From the NCBI GenBank assembly GCA_041674525.1, contig JBAYVN010000001.1:24224-88223 (forward strand): 64,000 bases of DNA. Direction: 5' to 3'. The stretch comes from Dehalococcoidia bacterium (lineage in GTDB: Bacteria; Chloroflexota; Dehalococcoidia; UBA2979). How positions within the stretch are numbered: the first letter of the stretch is position 1; each line of letters opens with the position of its first letter. The notes below the pieces were generated by a model, which was not told the DNA's origin, ran no database searches, and was given only the letters and a program-made list of their open reading frames with translations. Position numbers and translations under genes: made by a program. Below are positions 46,987-59,643 of this stretch, in pieces.

Positions 46987-47642
46987 ACCACGACGATCCC
47001 GCCGACCGCGCGCTTCGCGCCCGCGAGCGCCTGCTGGCGCGCATCGCGATCGAGGTGTCCGACGACCGGGTGCTCGCCGCGATGCGGGCCGTCCCCCGGG
47101 AGCGCTTCGTGCTCAGCGGCGACGAGCCGTACGCCTACGAGGACGAGCCGCTCTCCATCGGCTACGGCCAGACGATCTCGCAGCCGTTCATCGTCGCCAC
47201 GATGACGGCCGCACTCGAGCTCGACGGATCGGAGCGGGTACTGGAGATCGGCACCGGCTCCGGCTACCAGTGCGCCATCCTCGCGCGATTGGCGCGCGAG
47301 GTGGTGACCGTGGAGATCGTCCCCGAGCTGCGAGCACGGGCCGAGGGCGTGCTGCGCGCGCTGGGCATCACAAACGTTACGGTGCTCCCCGCCGCGGATG
47401 TCCTCGGCGCGCCCGATCATGCGCCCTTCGACGCGATCATCGTCACGGCGGCTGCGCCCTCCGTGCCGCCCTCGCTCCTCGCACAGCTCGCGGTCGGCGG
47501 GCGCATGGTGATCCCCGTCGGCACGCGGGATGTCCAGGACCTGCTCATCGTGACGCGCACGCCGGACGGGATGACACGGCGGTCGCTCGGCGGATGCCGG
47601 TTCGTGCCCCTGCTCGGCGCCGAGGGTTTCAGCAACGGCTGA
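46983..47642 (+). CDS. pcm: Protein-L-isoaspartate O-methyltransferase
   Basis: 219 aa; GTG overlaps uvrC stop (GTGA); SAM motif VLEIGTGSGYQ and QTISQPFIVA. Confidence 0.8.
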   Translation: MNHDDPADRALRARERLLARIAIEVSDDRVLAAMRAVPRERFVLSGDEPYAYEDEPLSIGYGQTISQPFIVATMTAALELDGSERVLEIGTGSGYQCAILARLAREVVTVEIVPELRARAEGVLRALGITNVTVLPAADVLGAPDHAPFDAIIVTAAAPSVPPSLLAQLAVGGRMVIPVGTRDVQDLLIVTRTPDGMTRRSLGGCRFVPLLGAEGFSNG

Positions 47643-47976
47643 TCTCTCATTCGCCGTGATTCGGTGAATCTGTGATTCCCCGCGATCCGGGTCCGGCGAC
47701 AATTCGCGACGTCTGATCGAGCCTGCGTCGAATCTGCAGCGACTTCGCATCGGGTCCGCGCCGAGTCAGCGCCGGCCCTGCACAGTGCCTTCGCACTGAT
47801 TCTTCTCTGGCGCAAGTCACGCGGTTATGTAGACAGCACCACGCGCACCCGGTATACATGACGCCCGGCGGGGGACACAGGCTCCATCCGACATCAACAG
47901 GCCTCTCGGGGCGATGGATCACCCCGATCGTGCGGTGCGGCGCAGCCGTCAGGGCGGACCGAGCGAGGAACGTCGG

Positions 47977-51316
<3,340 letters not shown>

Positions 51317-51525
51317 CGGCGGGCGGCCCGGCCGGCGGCTGTCGCGAAATCGGCACAGTCGAGGCCGGCACCCGCCACACCGCTAACCGCCTCGTTCGGT
51401 AGAATGTGCACCGCACTCCGCCTCCCCAGCGGGGCCACGAGGAGCCCGCGCCGGGGGGCTCGCGAGGGAACGTCAGCGCCACCAGGGGCACAGCACCGGG
51501 GTCGCACAGCACCGGGGAGTCACAT

Positions 51526-52539
51526 ATGACGCTGCGAGTCGGGATCAACGGGTTCGGCCGCACCGGACGTCAGGCATTCCGCGCGTGGTTCGAGAACCGC
51601 CGGGGCGACTTCGAGATCGTCGCGATCAATCGCGGCCCCGTCGCGCTGCGCACCCACCTCCTGCGCTACGACTCCGACTACGGGCGCTTCCCCGCCGAGA
51701 TCGTGGACGGCACGGACTCCTTCACCGTCGATGGCCACGAGGTGGCCGTCTTCAACGCGAGCACCCCGAGCGCGATCCCGTGGGGCAGCGCGGACGTGGA
51801 CGTGGTGCTGGAATGCACCGGCGAGTTCCGTGACGCGAAGACGGCAGGAGAGCACCTGCGCGACTCCGTGAGGAAGGTCGTCATCTCCGCGCCCGCGAAG
51901 GGCGAGGACTGGACCGTGATCATGGGCGCCAACGATGAGCAGTACGACGCGAAGGCGCACCGCATCATCTCGGCGGGGTCCTGCACCACCAACTGCGTGG
52001 TGCTGGCCGTGAAGGTGCTCCATGACTCCTTCGGCGTGGAGCGGGGGATGATGTCCACCATCCACTCCTACACCGGCGACCAGAACCTGGTAGACGGGAC
52101 GCACAAGGACCTGCGCCGTGCCCGCGCGGCCGCGCTCAACATCGTCCCCACGTCCTCCGGCGCCTCGGACGCCGTCGGGCGGATCATCCCCTCGCTGGCC
52201 GGGAAGTTCGATGGCTTCGCGTTCCGCGTCCCCACGCCGACCGTGTCGCTGCTCGACCTCGTCACCACCCTGCGCGACGCCCCCTCGGAGGGCGCGATCA
52301 ACGAGGCGTTCATGGCGGCCGCCAGCGGCCCCCTGAAGGGCTACCTCTACTACGAGAAGGACCCGCTGGTCTCCATGGACTTCAAGGGCCACCCCGGCTC
52401 CGCGATCCACGACGCCGAGTCCACGATGGTGCTGGACGGCGGCATGGCGAAGACGGTGGCCTGGTACGACAACGAGTGGGGCTACTCCTGCCGCCTGACG
52501 GACGTGGTCGCCCTGATCGCGGAGCGCGGCCTCGAGTAG
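51526..52539 (+). CDS. gap: Glyceraldehyde-3-phosphate dehydrogenase
   Basis: 337 aa from MTLRVGINGFGRTGR (NAD-binding), catalytic SAGSCTTNC motif. Confidence 0.9.
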   Translation: MTLRVGINGFGRTGRQAFRAWFENRRGDFEIVAINRGPVALRTHLLRYDSDYGRFPAEIVDGTDSFTVDGHEVAVFNASTPSAIPWGSADVDVVLECTGEFRDAKTAGEHLRDSVRKVVISAPAKGEDWTVIMGANDEQYDAKAHRIISAGSCTTNCVVLAVKVLHDSFGVERGMMSTIHSYTGDQNLVDGTHKDLRRARAAALNIVPTSSGASDAVGRIIPSLAGKFDGFAFRVPTPTVSLLDLVTTLRDAPSEGAINEAFMAAASGPLKGYLYYEKDPLVSMDFKGHPGSAIHDAESTMVLDGGMAKTVAWYDNEWGYSCRLTDVVALIAERGLE

Positions 52540-52568
52540 CCCTCGCGGCCACCTCGCGCTTCGCCCGG

Positions 52569-52593
52569 CGCCCCCTCCCGGGGGCGTCTTTGT
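52569..52593 (+). terminator. Rho-independent terminator downstream of gap
   Basis: CGCCCCC-TCCC-GGGGGCG hairpin followed by TCTTTGT. Confidence 0.5.
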
Positions 52594-52837
52594 GCACCGC
52601 CCGCGGACGCCCGGACGGCCCGAAAGATGAGTCGTTTCCCCGATGCATCTGCGGACGGCCGATGGTACGTTATGTAATTAGCCGGGCGGCGGGGGTACCA
52701 CTGCTCGGAACATGGTGGCGCGGACGTCGCGGCGGCTCGAGCCTGCGTCCGCGCCATCGCCACGCCCAGGCCGTGCCATCCGGCGGGCGTACACTCCGCG
52801 CATGCCGCTCAACGCCGCATGGCACACCGCCCACCGC

Positions 52838-52966
52838 ATGCCCTCCAACGCGAAGTTCGAGGAGCGCGCCGCCTGGCACCTGGAGCACCGCGAGCACTGC
52901 GGGTGCCGGCCCATCCCGCCGAAGCTCGCGGCCGAGATGCAGAAGCGCGGACTCCTGCCCGCGTAG
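52838..52966 (+). CDS. Small conserved hypothetical protein (42 aa) with HxEHxxHCGC motif
   Basis: MPSNAKFEERAAWHLEHREHCGCRPIPPKLAAEMQKRGLLPA; resembles a widespread family of tiny MPxNxxF...HLEHAKHCxCR proteins (recalled from memory, not searched); weak Shine-Dalgarno; alternative ATG at 52802. Confidence 0.35.
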   Translation: MPSNAKFEERAAWHLEHREHCGCRPIPPKLAAEMQKRGLLPA

Positions 52967-53004
52967 TCTCGCCGCCGCCCGGCGGCGCCCGGTACACTCG
53001 ATGC

Positions 53005-54339
53005 ATGCTCGACGCGCTCTCCGAACGACTCCAGAACACCTTCCGCCGCCTCGGCTCCAGCGGCCGCATCGGCGAGAAGGAGCTCGACGAGGCGCTGCGT
53101 GAGGTGCGCATCGCGCTGCTCGAGGCGGACGTCAACTTCAAGGTCGTGCGCGACTTCATCGCGCGGGTGCGCGAGAAGGCCCTGGGCCAGGAGGTCCTGA
53201 ACTCGATCACCCCGGGCCAGCAGGTGATCGGGATCGTCCACCGGGAGCTGGTGACGACGCTGGGGACGGACCACGCCCCGTTGCGCAAGCCCGACAGCGG
53301 CATGACGAAGATCCTGATCGTCGGCACGAAGGGCTCCGGCAAGACCACGCTCGCGGGGCGGCTGGCGCTGCGACTCAAGAACGAGGGGCAACGCCCGCTC
53401 CTGGTCTCCACCGACTTCGAGCGGGTCGCCGCCAGCGAGCAGCTGCAGGTGCTCGCGAAGTCCATCGACGTCCCGTGTTATGTGGAGGAGCGCGAGGCGC
53501 CGGCCGTCGCGGTGGCGAAGCGCGCGCTCGCGGAGGCGAAGCGCCAGAACGCGACGGCCGTGATCGTGGACACCGTGGGCGCTGTGGCGCTGGACGACGA
53601 TACCGCGGACGCCCTCGCCGCCCTCGCCGACGAGGTCGACCCGACCGAGGTCCTGATCGTCGTCGACGCGATGACCGGCCAGGAGGCGGTGACGCTGGCC
53701 CGGGAGTTCGACGAGGCGATCGAGGGCACAGGCATCGTCGTGACGAAGGTGGACTCCGACAGCCGAGGCGGCGCCGTGCTCTCTGTGCGCGAGGTGACCG
53801 GGCTCCCGATCAAGCTCATCACCACCGGCGAGCGCCTGGAGGCCCTGGAGGAGTTCCACCCGGACCGCTTCGCCTCCCGCGTGCTCGGCATGGGCGACGT
53901 CGTCAGCCTGGTCGAGAAGGCGCGCGCGTCCATGGGCGAGCGCAGCGTCGAGGACATCACCAAACGCATGCGGAGCGGCCAGTTCGACCTGGAGGACTTC
54001 CTGGGGCAGATGGAGCAGGTCAAGAAGATGGGGCCGCTGGGGGGCCTGCTGGACATGCTGCCGGGCGCCTCGGGGCTGAAGAAGCAGATGGGCGAGGCCG
54101 CCATCGACGACCGATTCTTCCGCCAGAGCGAGGCGATCGTCCGTTCGATGACCCTGCAGGAGCGGCGGAACCCGGAAATCCTGAACGGATCCCGCCGCCG
54201 CAGGATCGCCCGGGGGTCCGGGACCACCCCGGCGGATGTGAACCGCCTCTTGAATCAGTTCAAGGATGCCCGCAAACTGATGCAGGCGATGACCTCCGGC
54301 AAGGGTGCCGGGGGACTCATGCGCATGCTGGGGATGTAG
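53005..54339 (+). CDS. ffh: Signal recognition particle protein Ffh
   Basis: 444 aa; N domain, GTPase G domain (GTKGSGKTT, DTVGA, TKVD) and Met-rich M domain. Confidence 0.9.
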   Translation: MLDALSERLQNTFRRLGSSGRIGEKELDEALREVRIALLEADVNFKVVRDFIARVREKALGQEVLNSITPGQQVIGIVHRELVTTLGTDHAPLRKPDSGMTKILIVGTKGSGKTTLAGRLALRLKNEGQRPLLVSTDFERVAASEQLQVLAKSIDVPCYVEEREAPAVAVAKRALAEAKRQNATAVIVDTVGAVALDDDTADALAALADEVDPTEVLIVVDAMTGQEAVTLAREFDEAIEGTGIVVTKVDSDSRGGAVLSVREVTGLPIKLITTGERLEALEEFHPDRFASRVLGMGDVVSLVEKARASMGERSVEDITKRMRSGQFDLEDFLGQMEQVKKMGPLGGLLDMLPGASGLKKQMGEAAIDDRFFRQSEAIVRSMTLQERRNPEILNGSRRRRIARGSGTTPADVNRLLNQFKDARKLMQAMTSGKGAGGLMRMLGM

Positions 54340-54507
54340 ACTGGCAAGACGTCGACCACGCCGGACGGCCCGCGCGGGCGGCTCGGCACGGCGGGCTCAG
54401 GCACGACGGCCCGGTCCGCCCACTATCCAGCGACCAACTCGTTCAGTGATGACGCCGCAGGGCGTCGGTTCCAGCCCGGCCGCACGGCGGCTCCCCGGAG
54501 GTTCCCC

Positions 54508-54960
54508 TTGCTACGAATCCGTCTGCGCCGCACCGGCCAGAAGCACCAGCCCTCGTACCGCCTCGTGGTCGCGGACCAGAACGCGCGCCGCGATGGTGAC
54601 TTCGTGGAGATCGTCGGGCACTACAACCCCCGCACCGAGCCCTCCACCATCGCCCTGAACGAGGAGCGCATCCGCTACTGGATCGGCGTCGGGGCGCAAC
54701 CCTCGGACACCGTGCACCGCATCCTGCACACGCAGGGCCTCATCGCCGTCGCCCCCCGCAAGCAGGCGTCCAAGCCCAGTCGCGCCGAGCGCGAGGCTGC
54801 GGAGGCCGCGGCGAAGGCCGCCGCCGAGGCGCGCGAGGCTGCCAAGAAGGCCGCCGAGGAAGCCGCGAAGGCGGCCGCCGAGGCCGAGGCCGCTGCTGCG
54901 AAGGCCGCCGCAGAGGCTGCCGCCGCCGCTGCCGCTGGTGACGCCCCGGCTGCCGAGTAA
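54508..54960 (+). CDS. rpsP: 30S ribosomal protein S16 with Ala/Lys/Glu-rich C-terminal extension
   Basis: TTG start with GGAGG Shine-Dalgarno; MLRIRLRRTGQKHQPSYRLVVAD S16 core (~85 aa) followed by ~65-aa low-complexity AEAAAKAAAEA tail. Confidence 0.85.
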   Translation: MLRIRLRRTGQKHQPSYRLVVADQNARRDGDFVEIVGHYNPRTEPSTIALNEERIRYWIGVGAQPSDTVHRILHTQGLIAVAPRKQASKPSRAEREAAEAAAKAAAEAREAAKKAAEEAAKAAAEAEAAAAKAAAEAAAAAAAGDAPAAE

Positions 54961-54963
54961 CCG

Positions 54964-55191
54964 GTGAAGAAGCTCATCGAATACGTTGCCCGCGCCCTCG
55001 CCGAGAAGCCCGACGAGGTGCTGGTCGAGGAGGAGCACGACGGCGACCGCGTCGTGCTGCACCTCTACGTCTCCGAGGAGGACAAGGGGCGCGTGATCGG
55101 CCGGGACGGCCGCTGCGCGAACGCGATGCGCTCCCTGCTCCACGTGGCCGCGGTCCGCGCCGGCGTGCGCGCCACGCTCAGCATCGAATAG
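54964..55191 (+). CDS. KH-domain RNA-binding protein (UPF0109/YlqC-like)
   Basis: 75 aa, GTG start; GRVIGRDGRCANAMRSL KH motif; conserved rpsP-KH-rimM gene order. Confidence 0.75.
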   Translation: MKKLIEYVARALAEKPDEVLVEEEHDGDRVVLHLYVSEEDKGRVIGRDGRCANAMRSLLHVAAVRAGVRATLSIE

Positions 55192-55196
55192 CCGCC

Positions 55197-55844
55197 ATGC
55201 CAGACCCCGTCGCCGGCGCCGAGCAGCCCGCGCCCGGTGAGGGCGCTCGCCCCGAGCCCCGCGAGGCGGCTCGACAGCAGGCGCCCGGTGAGGGCGCTCG
55301 CGCAGAGTCGCGTGAGCAGCCTAGGGGCGCGCGAGAACTCGAGGTCTCGCCCGGGCGCGTCGCGGTGGGTCGCATCAACGGCACGTGGGGCCTCAAGGGC
55401 CACGTGAAGGTCACCCCCCTGAGCACCAACCCCGAACGCCTCAAGGCCGGCGCCACGGTCCTCGTGCGTGGCCGCCCGGCGCAGATCCTCGAAGTCGTCA
55501 CGCCCCAGGGCTACCCGATCATCCGCTTCCAGGGCTACCCCGATCGCACGGCCGCCGAGCGCCTGCGCGACACGCTGATCGAGATCGACGAGGCCGACCT
55601 CCCCCCGCTCCCCGAGGACGAGTACTACGTCGACGACCTGGTGGGGCTCGACGTCGTCACGACCGCCGGGGAGCCCATCGGGCGGCTCACGGAGGTCCTC
55701 GCCACCGGCGCGAACGACGTGTACGTGGTCGCGCGTCCGGGGAAGCGCGACGCGCTCATCCCCGCGATCGGCGATGTGGTGATCTCCGTGGACCTGCCCG
55801 GCAGGCGCATGGTGATCGAGCCGGTGCCGGGCCTCCTCGACTAG
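55197..55844 (+). CDS. rimM: Ribosome maturation factor RimM with N-terminal low-complexity extension
   Basis: 215 aa; RimM core VAVGRINGTWGLKGHVKV... and PRC barrel; first ~50 aa contain near-repeat PAPGEGARPEPREAA / QAPGEGARAESREQ. Confidence 0.8.
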   Translation: MPDPVAGAEQPAPGEGARPEPREAARQQAPGEGARAESREQPRGARELEVSPGRVAVGRINGTWGLKGHVKVTPLSTNPERLKAGATVLVRGRPAQILEVVTPQGYPIIRFQGYPDRTAAERLRDTLIEIDEADLPPLPEDEYYVDDLVGLDVVTTAGEPIGRLTEVLATGANDVYVVARPGKRDALIPAIGDVVISVDLPGRRMVIEPVPGLLD

Positions 55845-55918
55845 CGGACACGAGCGGACGTGCGCCGGTCCTCCGTTTGCCGCAGGCACGAGGGCCTTCC
55901 TATACTGATCATTCTGTT

Positions 55919-55994
55919 GGGGGCGTAGCTCAGCTGGGAGAGCGCTGCGTTCGCATCGCAGAGGTCAGGGGTTCGAATCCCCTCGTCTCCACCA
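55919..55994 (+). tRNA. tRNA-Ala (anticodon CGC); integration target of downstream element
   Basis: Acceptor GGGGGCG with G3-U70 Ala identity pair, anticodon loop TTCGCAT, T-arm AGGGG-TTCGAAT-CCCCT, CCA. Confidence 0.8.
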
Positions 55995-57405
55995 ACTCCA
56001 CATAGGAACCTGAACAGTTTCCGGGTGCGGCCCCAGCCGCAGCCCGGAGCAGGGCCTCGAGGCCGGGGACCGGGCGGAACCCGGCGACGGCGCGAGCCGT
56101 GATGTCCACGTACACCTCCTCGACGGCCGCGCCCAGCAGCTCGCGGCGCTCACGTTCGTCGGCGCGCGTCCACAGCGCACCCAGGTCTCGCACCAGCCCG
56201 AAGGCTGCCTCGATTGGCGGGGCGCTGGTGCCCGTGGCGGCGCGCAGGCGGGCGTCGATGTCCGCCATGCGCAACTCGTACTCGGTGTCGCTCAGCGCTC
56301 CAGGGACCATGTAGGCGCGCGCCAGGCGGCGCTTCGCGTCCTGCAGGCGCTCCAGGTCGCCTGCCGGCGTGAGTGCGCGCTGCGCCTCCTCGAGGGCGGC
56401 TCTGAGCGCGCGATCGTCGAGGCGGATGGCGGCGAAGACCTCGCCCATCTGCTCGTCCAGCGCGGAGGCCGCGATGCTGCGTCCCGTCGTTCGACACGGG
56501 CGGCCGTGGCGCTCCTTGTAGACGGCCCGGCCGCTCCCCAGTGTGTCCGTCCACAGCGGCCGCAGGCAGTGTGTGCAGTGGATGCGCCCGGCGAGCGCCC
56601 CGTGCGCCCGCCGCGGGCCGACGATGGTGCGCTTCTCGCGGCGCGAGGCGGCGGCGTGCCACAGCTCCGCCGTGACGATCGCCTCGTGGCGGCCCGGGTG
56701 CTCCTGCCCCATGTACGAGACGACGCCGAGGTAGAAGCGGCAGCCGATGATGTCCTTCACGGCGAACCCGGTGAAGGCGTTCCCTCGGCGGGTTCGGTGG
56801 CCCTCGGCGTTGAGCCACTCCGCGATCGCCCGGTAGGACTCCCCGCGCGCACGGCGCTCGAAGGCGCCACGCACGGCCTCGGCCGCGTGCTCGTCCACGA
56901 CGGCCGCTCCGGCCTCGTTGCGGTAGCCGAAGGACGCCAGCCCGATGGTCTCTCCCCGGCGGGCGCGCTCGGTCAACGCCTTCGTGACGTGCTGCCCCAG
57001 CAGGTCCGAGGAGAGCTCGTGCGAAGCGGCCATCACCGCCAGCGTCATCTTCCCGACTGGCGAGGTGAAGTCCATGCGCTCCATCAGCGAGACGAAGCCG
57101 ACATCCGCCTTCCCCAGCCGGGTCAGCGTGTCCCGCTGGACCCCGCCGTGCCGGGCCCAACGGCTCAGCTCGTGAACGATGACCACGTCGAACCGCCCAC
57201 GCTCGGCGTCGGCCAGCAGGCGGGCGAAGGCGGGGCGCTTCGCGATCACGTCCGTGTGCGCGCTCACGCCCTCGTCGGCGTAGATCTCGACCAGGTCGTG
57301 CCCCTCGCGCGCACATGCCTCTTCGATGGCGCGGCGCTGCGCCGCCAGCGACAGGCCGTCGACCTGCATCTCCGAACTCACCCGCACGTACCCCGCTGCT
57401 CTCAT
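55930..57405 (-). CDS. Large serine recombinase (phage integrase, resolvase/invertase N-domain + recombinase domain + zinc ribbon)
   Basis: 491 aa; YVRVSSEMQ catalytic Ser region, CTHC...RPCR zinc ribbon; last 22 codons overlap the 3' half of tRNA-Ala. Confidence 0.85.
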   Translation of the reverse strand: MRAAGYVRVSSEMQVDGLSLAAQRRAIEEACAREGHDLVEIYADEGVSAHTDVIAKRPAFARLLADAERGRFDVVIVHELSRWARHGGVQRDTLTRLGKADVGFVSLMERMDFTSPVGKMTLAVMAASHELSSDLLGQHVTKALTERARRGETIGLASFGYRNEAGAAVVDEHAAEAVRGAFERRARGESYRAIAEWLNAEGHRTRRGNAFTGFAVKDIIGCRFYLGVVSYMGQEHPGRHEAIVTAELWHAAASRREKRTIVGPRRAHGALAGRIHCTHCLRPLWTDTLGSGRAVYKERHGRPCRTTGRSIAASALDEQMGEVFAAIRLDDRALRAALEEAQRALTPAGDLERLQDAKRRLARAYMVPGALSDTEYELRMADIDARLRAATGTSAPPIEAAFGLVRDLGALWTRADERERRELLGAAVEEVYVDITARAVAGFRPVPGLEALLRAAAGAAPGNCSGSYVELVETRGFEPLTSAMRTQRSPS

Positions 57406-57530
57406 GCCGCCTGGTCCTTCCGCTCCCGCTCCGCCTGCTCGCGCAGCGCGATCGCGGCCGCCACACGGCCGACGGTCCGCGCGAGGGTGTCCACGGCAGA
57501 GCGTACGACGGCGGGCGGCTGGTGAGTCAC
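57402..57530 (-). CDS. Small hypothetical protein (42 aa), candidate accessory/directionality factor
   Basis: GTG with GGAGG Shine-Dalgarno 5 nt upstream; start overlaps upstream stop (GTGA) and stop overlaps integrase ATG (ATGA). Confidence 0.4.
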   Translation of the reverse strand: MTHQPPAVVRSAVDTLARTVGRVAAAIALREQAERERKDQAA

Positions 57531-57757
57531 CGGGCGCCTCCGCAGGTCTCCATGTGCTCGTCGAGGCGCCGCGCGAGCTCGATCGTGGCGGTGGATGCGT
57601 CCAGGATCTCCGGGGCCTTCAGGATGAGCCGTACGGCCTCCACGGAGGTCCCGGCGCGGATGGCGCGCAGCAGGACCTCGTTGCGCCGGCGGCCGCGGGC
57701 AATGTCCGCAGCCGTGACCGCGGGCACCTCCCCGATCAGCTCGCCCTGGGTGTTCAT
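57527..57757 (-). CDS. Small hypothetical protein (76 aa)
   Basis: ATG overlaps ASCH gene stop (ATGA); MNTQGELIGEVPAVTAADIARGRRRNEVLLRAIRAG... Confidence 0.45.
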   Translation of the reverse strand: MNTQGELIGEVPAVTAADIARGRRRNEVLLRAIRAGTSVEAVRLILKAPEILDASTATIELARRLDEHMETCGGAR

Positions 57758-58146
57758 CGGGCGGCCTCGTCCCGTTCCGTGAGCAGTTCCACGAGCTCAA
57801 AGCGCACCACCCACAGCGAGTTGGTCGAGCGCCGCCATCCATCGAACACCTCGCGCGGTGTCGCTCCACCGAAGAGGGTCAACCCGTGCTCTGCGAGATA
57901 GGCGAACCCCTCACCCTCCCAATCCTCGTCGGGAACGTCACGCGCGGCCTCGAGACGGGGAGCCGCGGTGAGGCGGATCGTGCCGACGCGCTTCCCTTTG
58001 CCAGTGCGCGGGTTCTTGTCCCAGGCCTGCAGCAGATCACCCGGGTTCAGTGCGTAGGCGTAGGACTCTTTCCACTCGCGTCGCGTGACCGTCTTGCGAC
58101 CGGCCAGCAACGCAGGCGTCGTCTCTGCGAAACTGATGATCCTCAT
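57754..58146 (-). CDS. ASCH domain protein
   Basis: 130 aa from MRIISFAETTPALLAGRKTVTRREW (ASCH/PUA-like N-terminus); upstream part of 395-aa ORF is junk. Confidence 0.55.
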   Translation of the reverse strand: MRIISFAETTPALLAGRKTVTRREWKESYAYALNPGDLLQAWDKNPRTGKGKRVGTIRLTAAPRLEAARDVPDEDWEGEGFAYLAEHGLTLFGGATPREVFDGWRRSTNSLWVVRFELVELLTERDEAAR

Positions 58147-58658
58147 GCCACCACCGCCATCACGCGATCGCGCGCGGCGTTGAGTTCCTTCATCTGCTCC
58201 TCGGACCCTCCCGGGGCGTCCGGGTGCGCGCTCTTCGCCTTGACGCGGTACATCGCCTCGATCTCGTCGGCGGTGGCGCCCGGGCGCAGCCCGAGCACCT
58301 CCCACGGGTCGCGCGCGGTCGCGGGGGCGGCGAGCTGCATGAAGGCCGACTGCATGGTCTCGTACACGCCCCGGCGCTCGATCATGCGCATGTCGTCCAG
58401 GCAGAGGCGCAGCACCTTCAGGTTGAGCGAGGAGGTCTCGTAGTCGTCCATCGTGAGCGTCACGGTGCGGCCGTCCTTCACGAAGACGACCGTGACGGCG
58501 CGCTCGGCCCGCGTGACCGCCCGGCTGTTCGCTCGGGAGAGCATGACGTTCGGCGAGGCGCTGTAGTCGCGCACGCCCCACATCCGGAAGACGCCGTCGA
58601 GCTTCTCCATCTCGAAGTGCCAGCCCTGGGCGTCCGGCGGCCGGTAGGTCTGCGTCAT
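58143..58658 (-). CDS. J-domain (DnaJ-like) containing phage protein
   Basis: 171 aa from MTQTYRPPDAQ (GAGGAG Shine-Dalgarno); C-terminal DPWEVLGLRPGATADEIEAMYRVKAKSAHPD with HPD tripeptide. Confidence 0.55.
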   Translation of the reverse strand: MTQTYRPPDAQGWHFEMEKLDGVFRMWGVRDYSASPNVMLSRANSRAVTRAERAVTVVFVKDGRTVTLTMDDYETSSLNLKVLRLCLDDMRMIERRGVYETMQSAFMQLAAPATARDPWEVLGLRPGATADEIEAMYRVKAKSAHPDAPGGSEEQMKELNAARDRVMAVVA

Positions 58659-59164
58659 CCGTTCCACTCCTCGCAACCGTCGCTGGTGGTCCACGGCGCC
58701 ATGCCGTTCGCGGCCGCGATGCGGGCCGCCTGGCGGAACTGCTCCTCGAGATCCGCGGGGACGGGGCCGTGGAAGCGCGGCATGACCTGGCAGGCCCCCT
58801 CCTCGCCGGCCGCACCGCGAGCGGCGGGGTTGAACCGCGACTCGCAGTAGCAGGCACGCAGGAGGTCGTACTCGTGGGCCTCCGGCGCTGCGTGCAGGTA
58901 GGCGCGCATGACCTCCACGGAGACGGTCCGTGCGGTGGCACCGGACGCGAGGACGCGCGAGAGCCCGGCCTGCGGCGTCGGGATGTAGAGCGTGGCGGCC
59001 GGGGATGTGGTCAGCTCGGACGCACGCCGTTCCAACGATGCGCCCGAGCCAGGAGGTGCGCCTGCTCCCCCATCCCCGACCGTTACCCCCGCAGGCGCGG
59101 GACCACGCAGCCACAGCGATCCGATCAGCACGAGAGCGACCGGGACAACGGCGAGCGCCTTCAT
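58655..59164 (-). CDS. Secreted lytic transglycosylase (SLT/lysozyme-like) protein
   Basis: 169 aa; signal peptide MKALAVVPVALVLIGSLWL; ES...FNPAA...GA.GACQVMP SLT-domain catalytic motif. Confidence 0.6.
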   Translation of the reverse strand: MKALAVVPVALVLIGSLWLRGPAPAGVTVGDGGAGAPPGSGASLERRASELTTSPAATLYIPTPQAGLSRVLASGATARTVSVEVMRAYLHAAPEAHEYDLLRACYCESRFNPAARGAAGEEGACQVMPRFHGPVPADLEEQFRQAARIAAANGMAPWTTSDGCEEWNG

Positions 59165-59643
59165 GCGGCCACCTCCGCGATCTCCACGAAGATGCCCTCG
59201 TCGCGCCAGTCGGGGACGCCGACGATCGGCGGCTGGCCGAGCTGGACGGTGAGGTGCGGGTAGCGGTCCTCGACGATGAGGCGGGCGGCGTCGCCGGGTG
59301 CGGCGCTCCGGCAGCCCAGCGCGTCGATCAGGGCCTTGCAGGCCGCGATCAGGTTGTCCGGGTCAGCGGCGCGGTAGCGGTCCGCCCAGCGCATGTAGCC
59401 GCTCGGCCAGGCCCCGTCGTACTCACGCTTCGGGCGGCGGCTGCTGTAGCCGGCCGTCAGCGTGACCACGGCGCGGTCGAGCGGCGCGGCAGGGCGGCCG
59501 GCGCCTTGTTCCTGCCGCGCGATCGCCGTGACCACCTCGGCGCGATAGGCGGCGACCACGGGCGCCTTCTGTGCGCCGTGCTTCCGCCGGTTCGGGCTCA
59601 GGTCCCGCGGCGGCAGCGGCACGAGGTACCGGTAGGTGGTCAC
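59161..59643 (-). CDS. RusA-family Holliday junction resolvase
   Basis: 160 aa from GTG overlapping upstream stop (GTGA); LPPRDLSPNRRKH and ADPDNLIAACKALIDAL (RusA catalytic Asp cluster). Confidence 0.6.
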   Translation of the reverse strand: MTTYRYLVPLPPRDLSPNRRKHGAQKAPVVAAYRAEVVTAIARQEQGAGRPAAPLDRAVVTLTAGYSSRRPKREYDGAWPSGYMRWADRYRAADPDNLIAACKALIDALGCRSAAPGDAARLIVEDRYPHLTVQLGQPPIVGVPDWRDEGIFVEIAEVAA

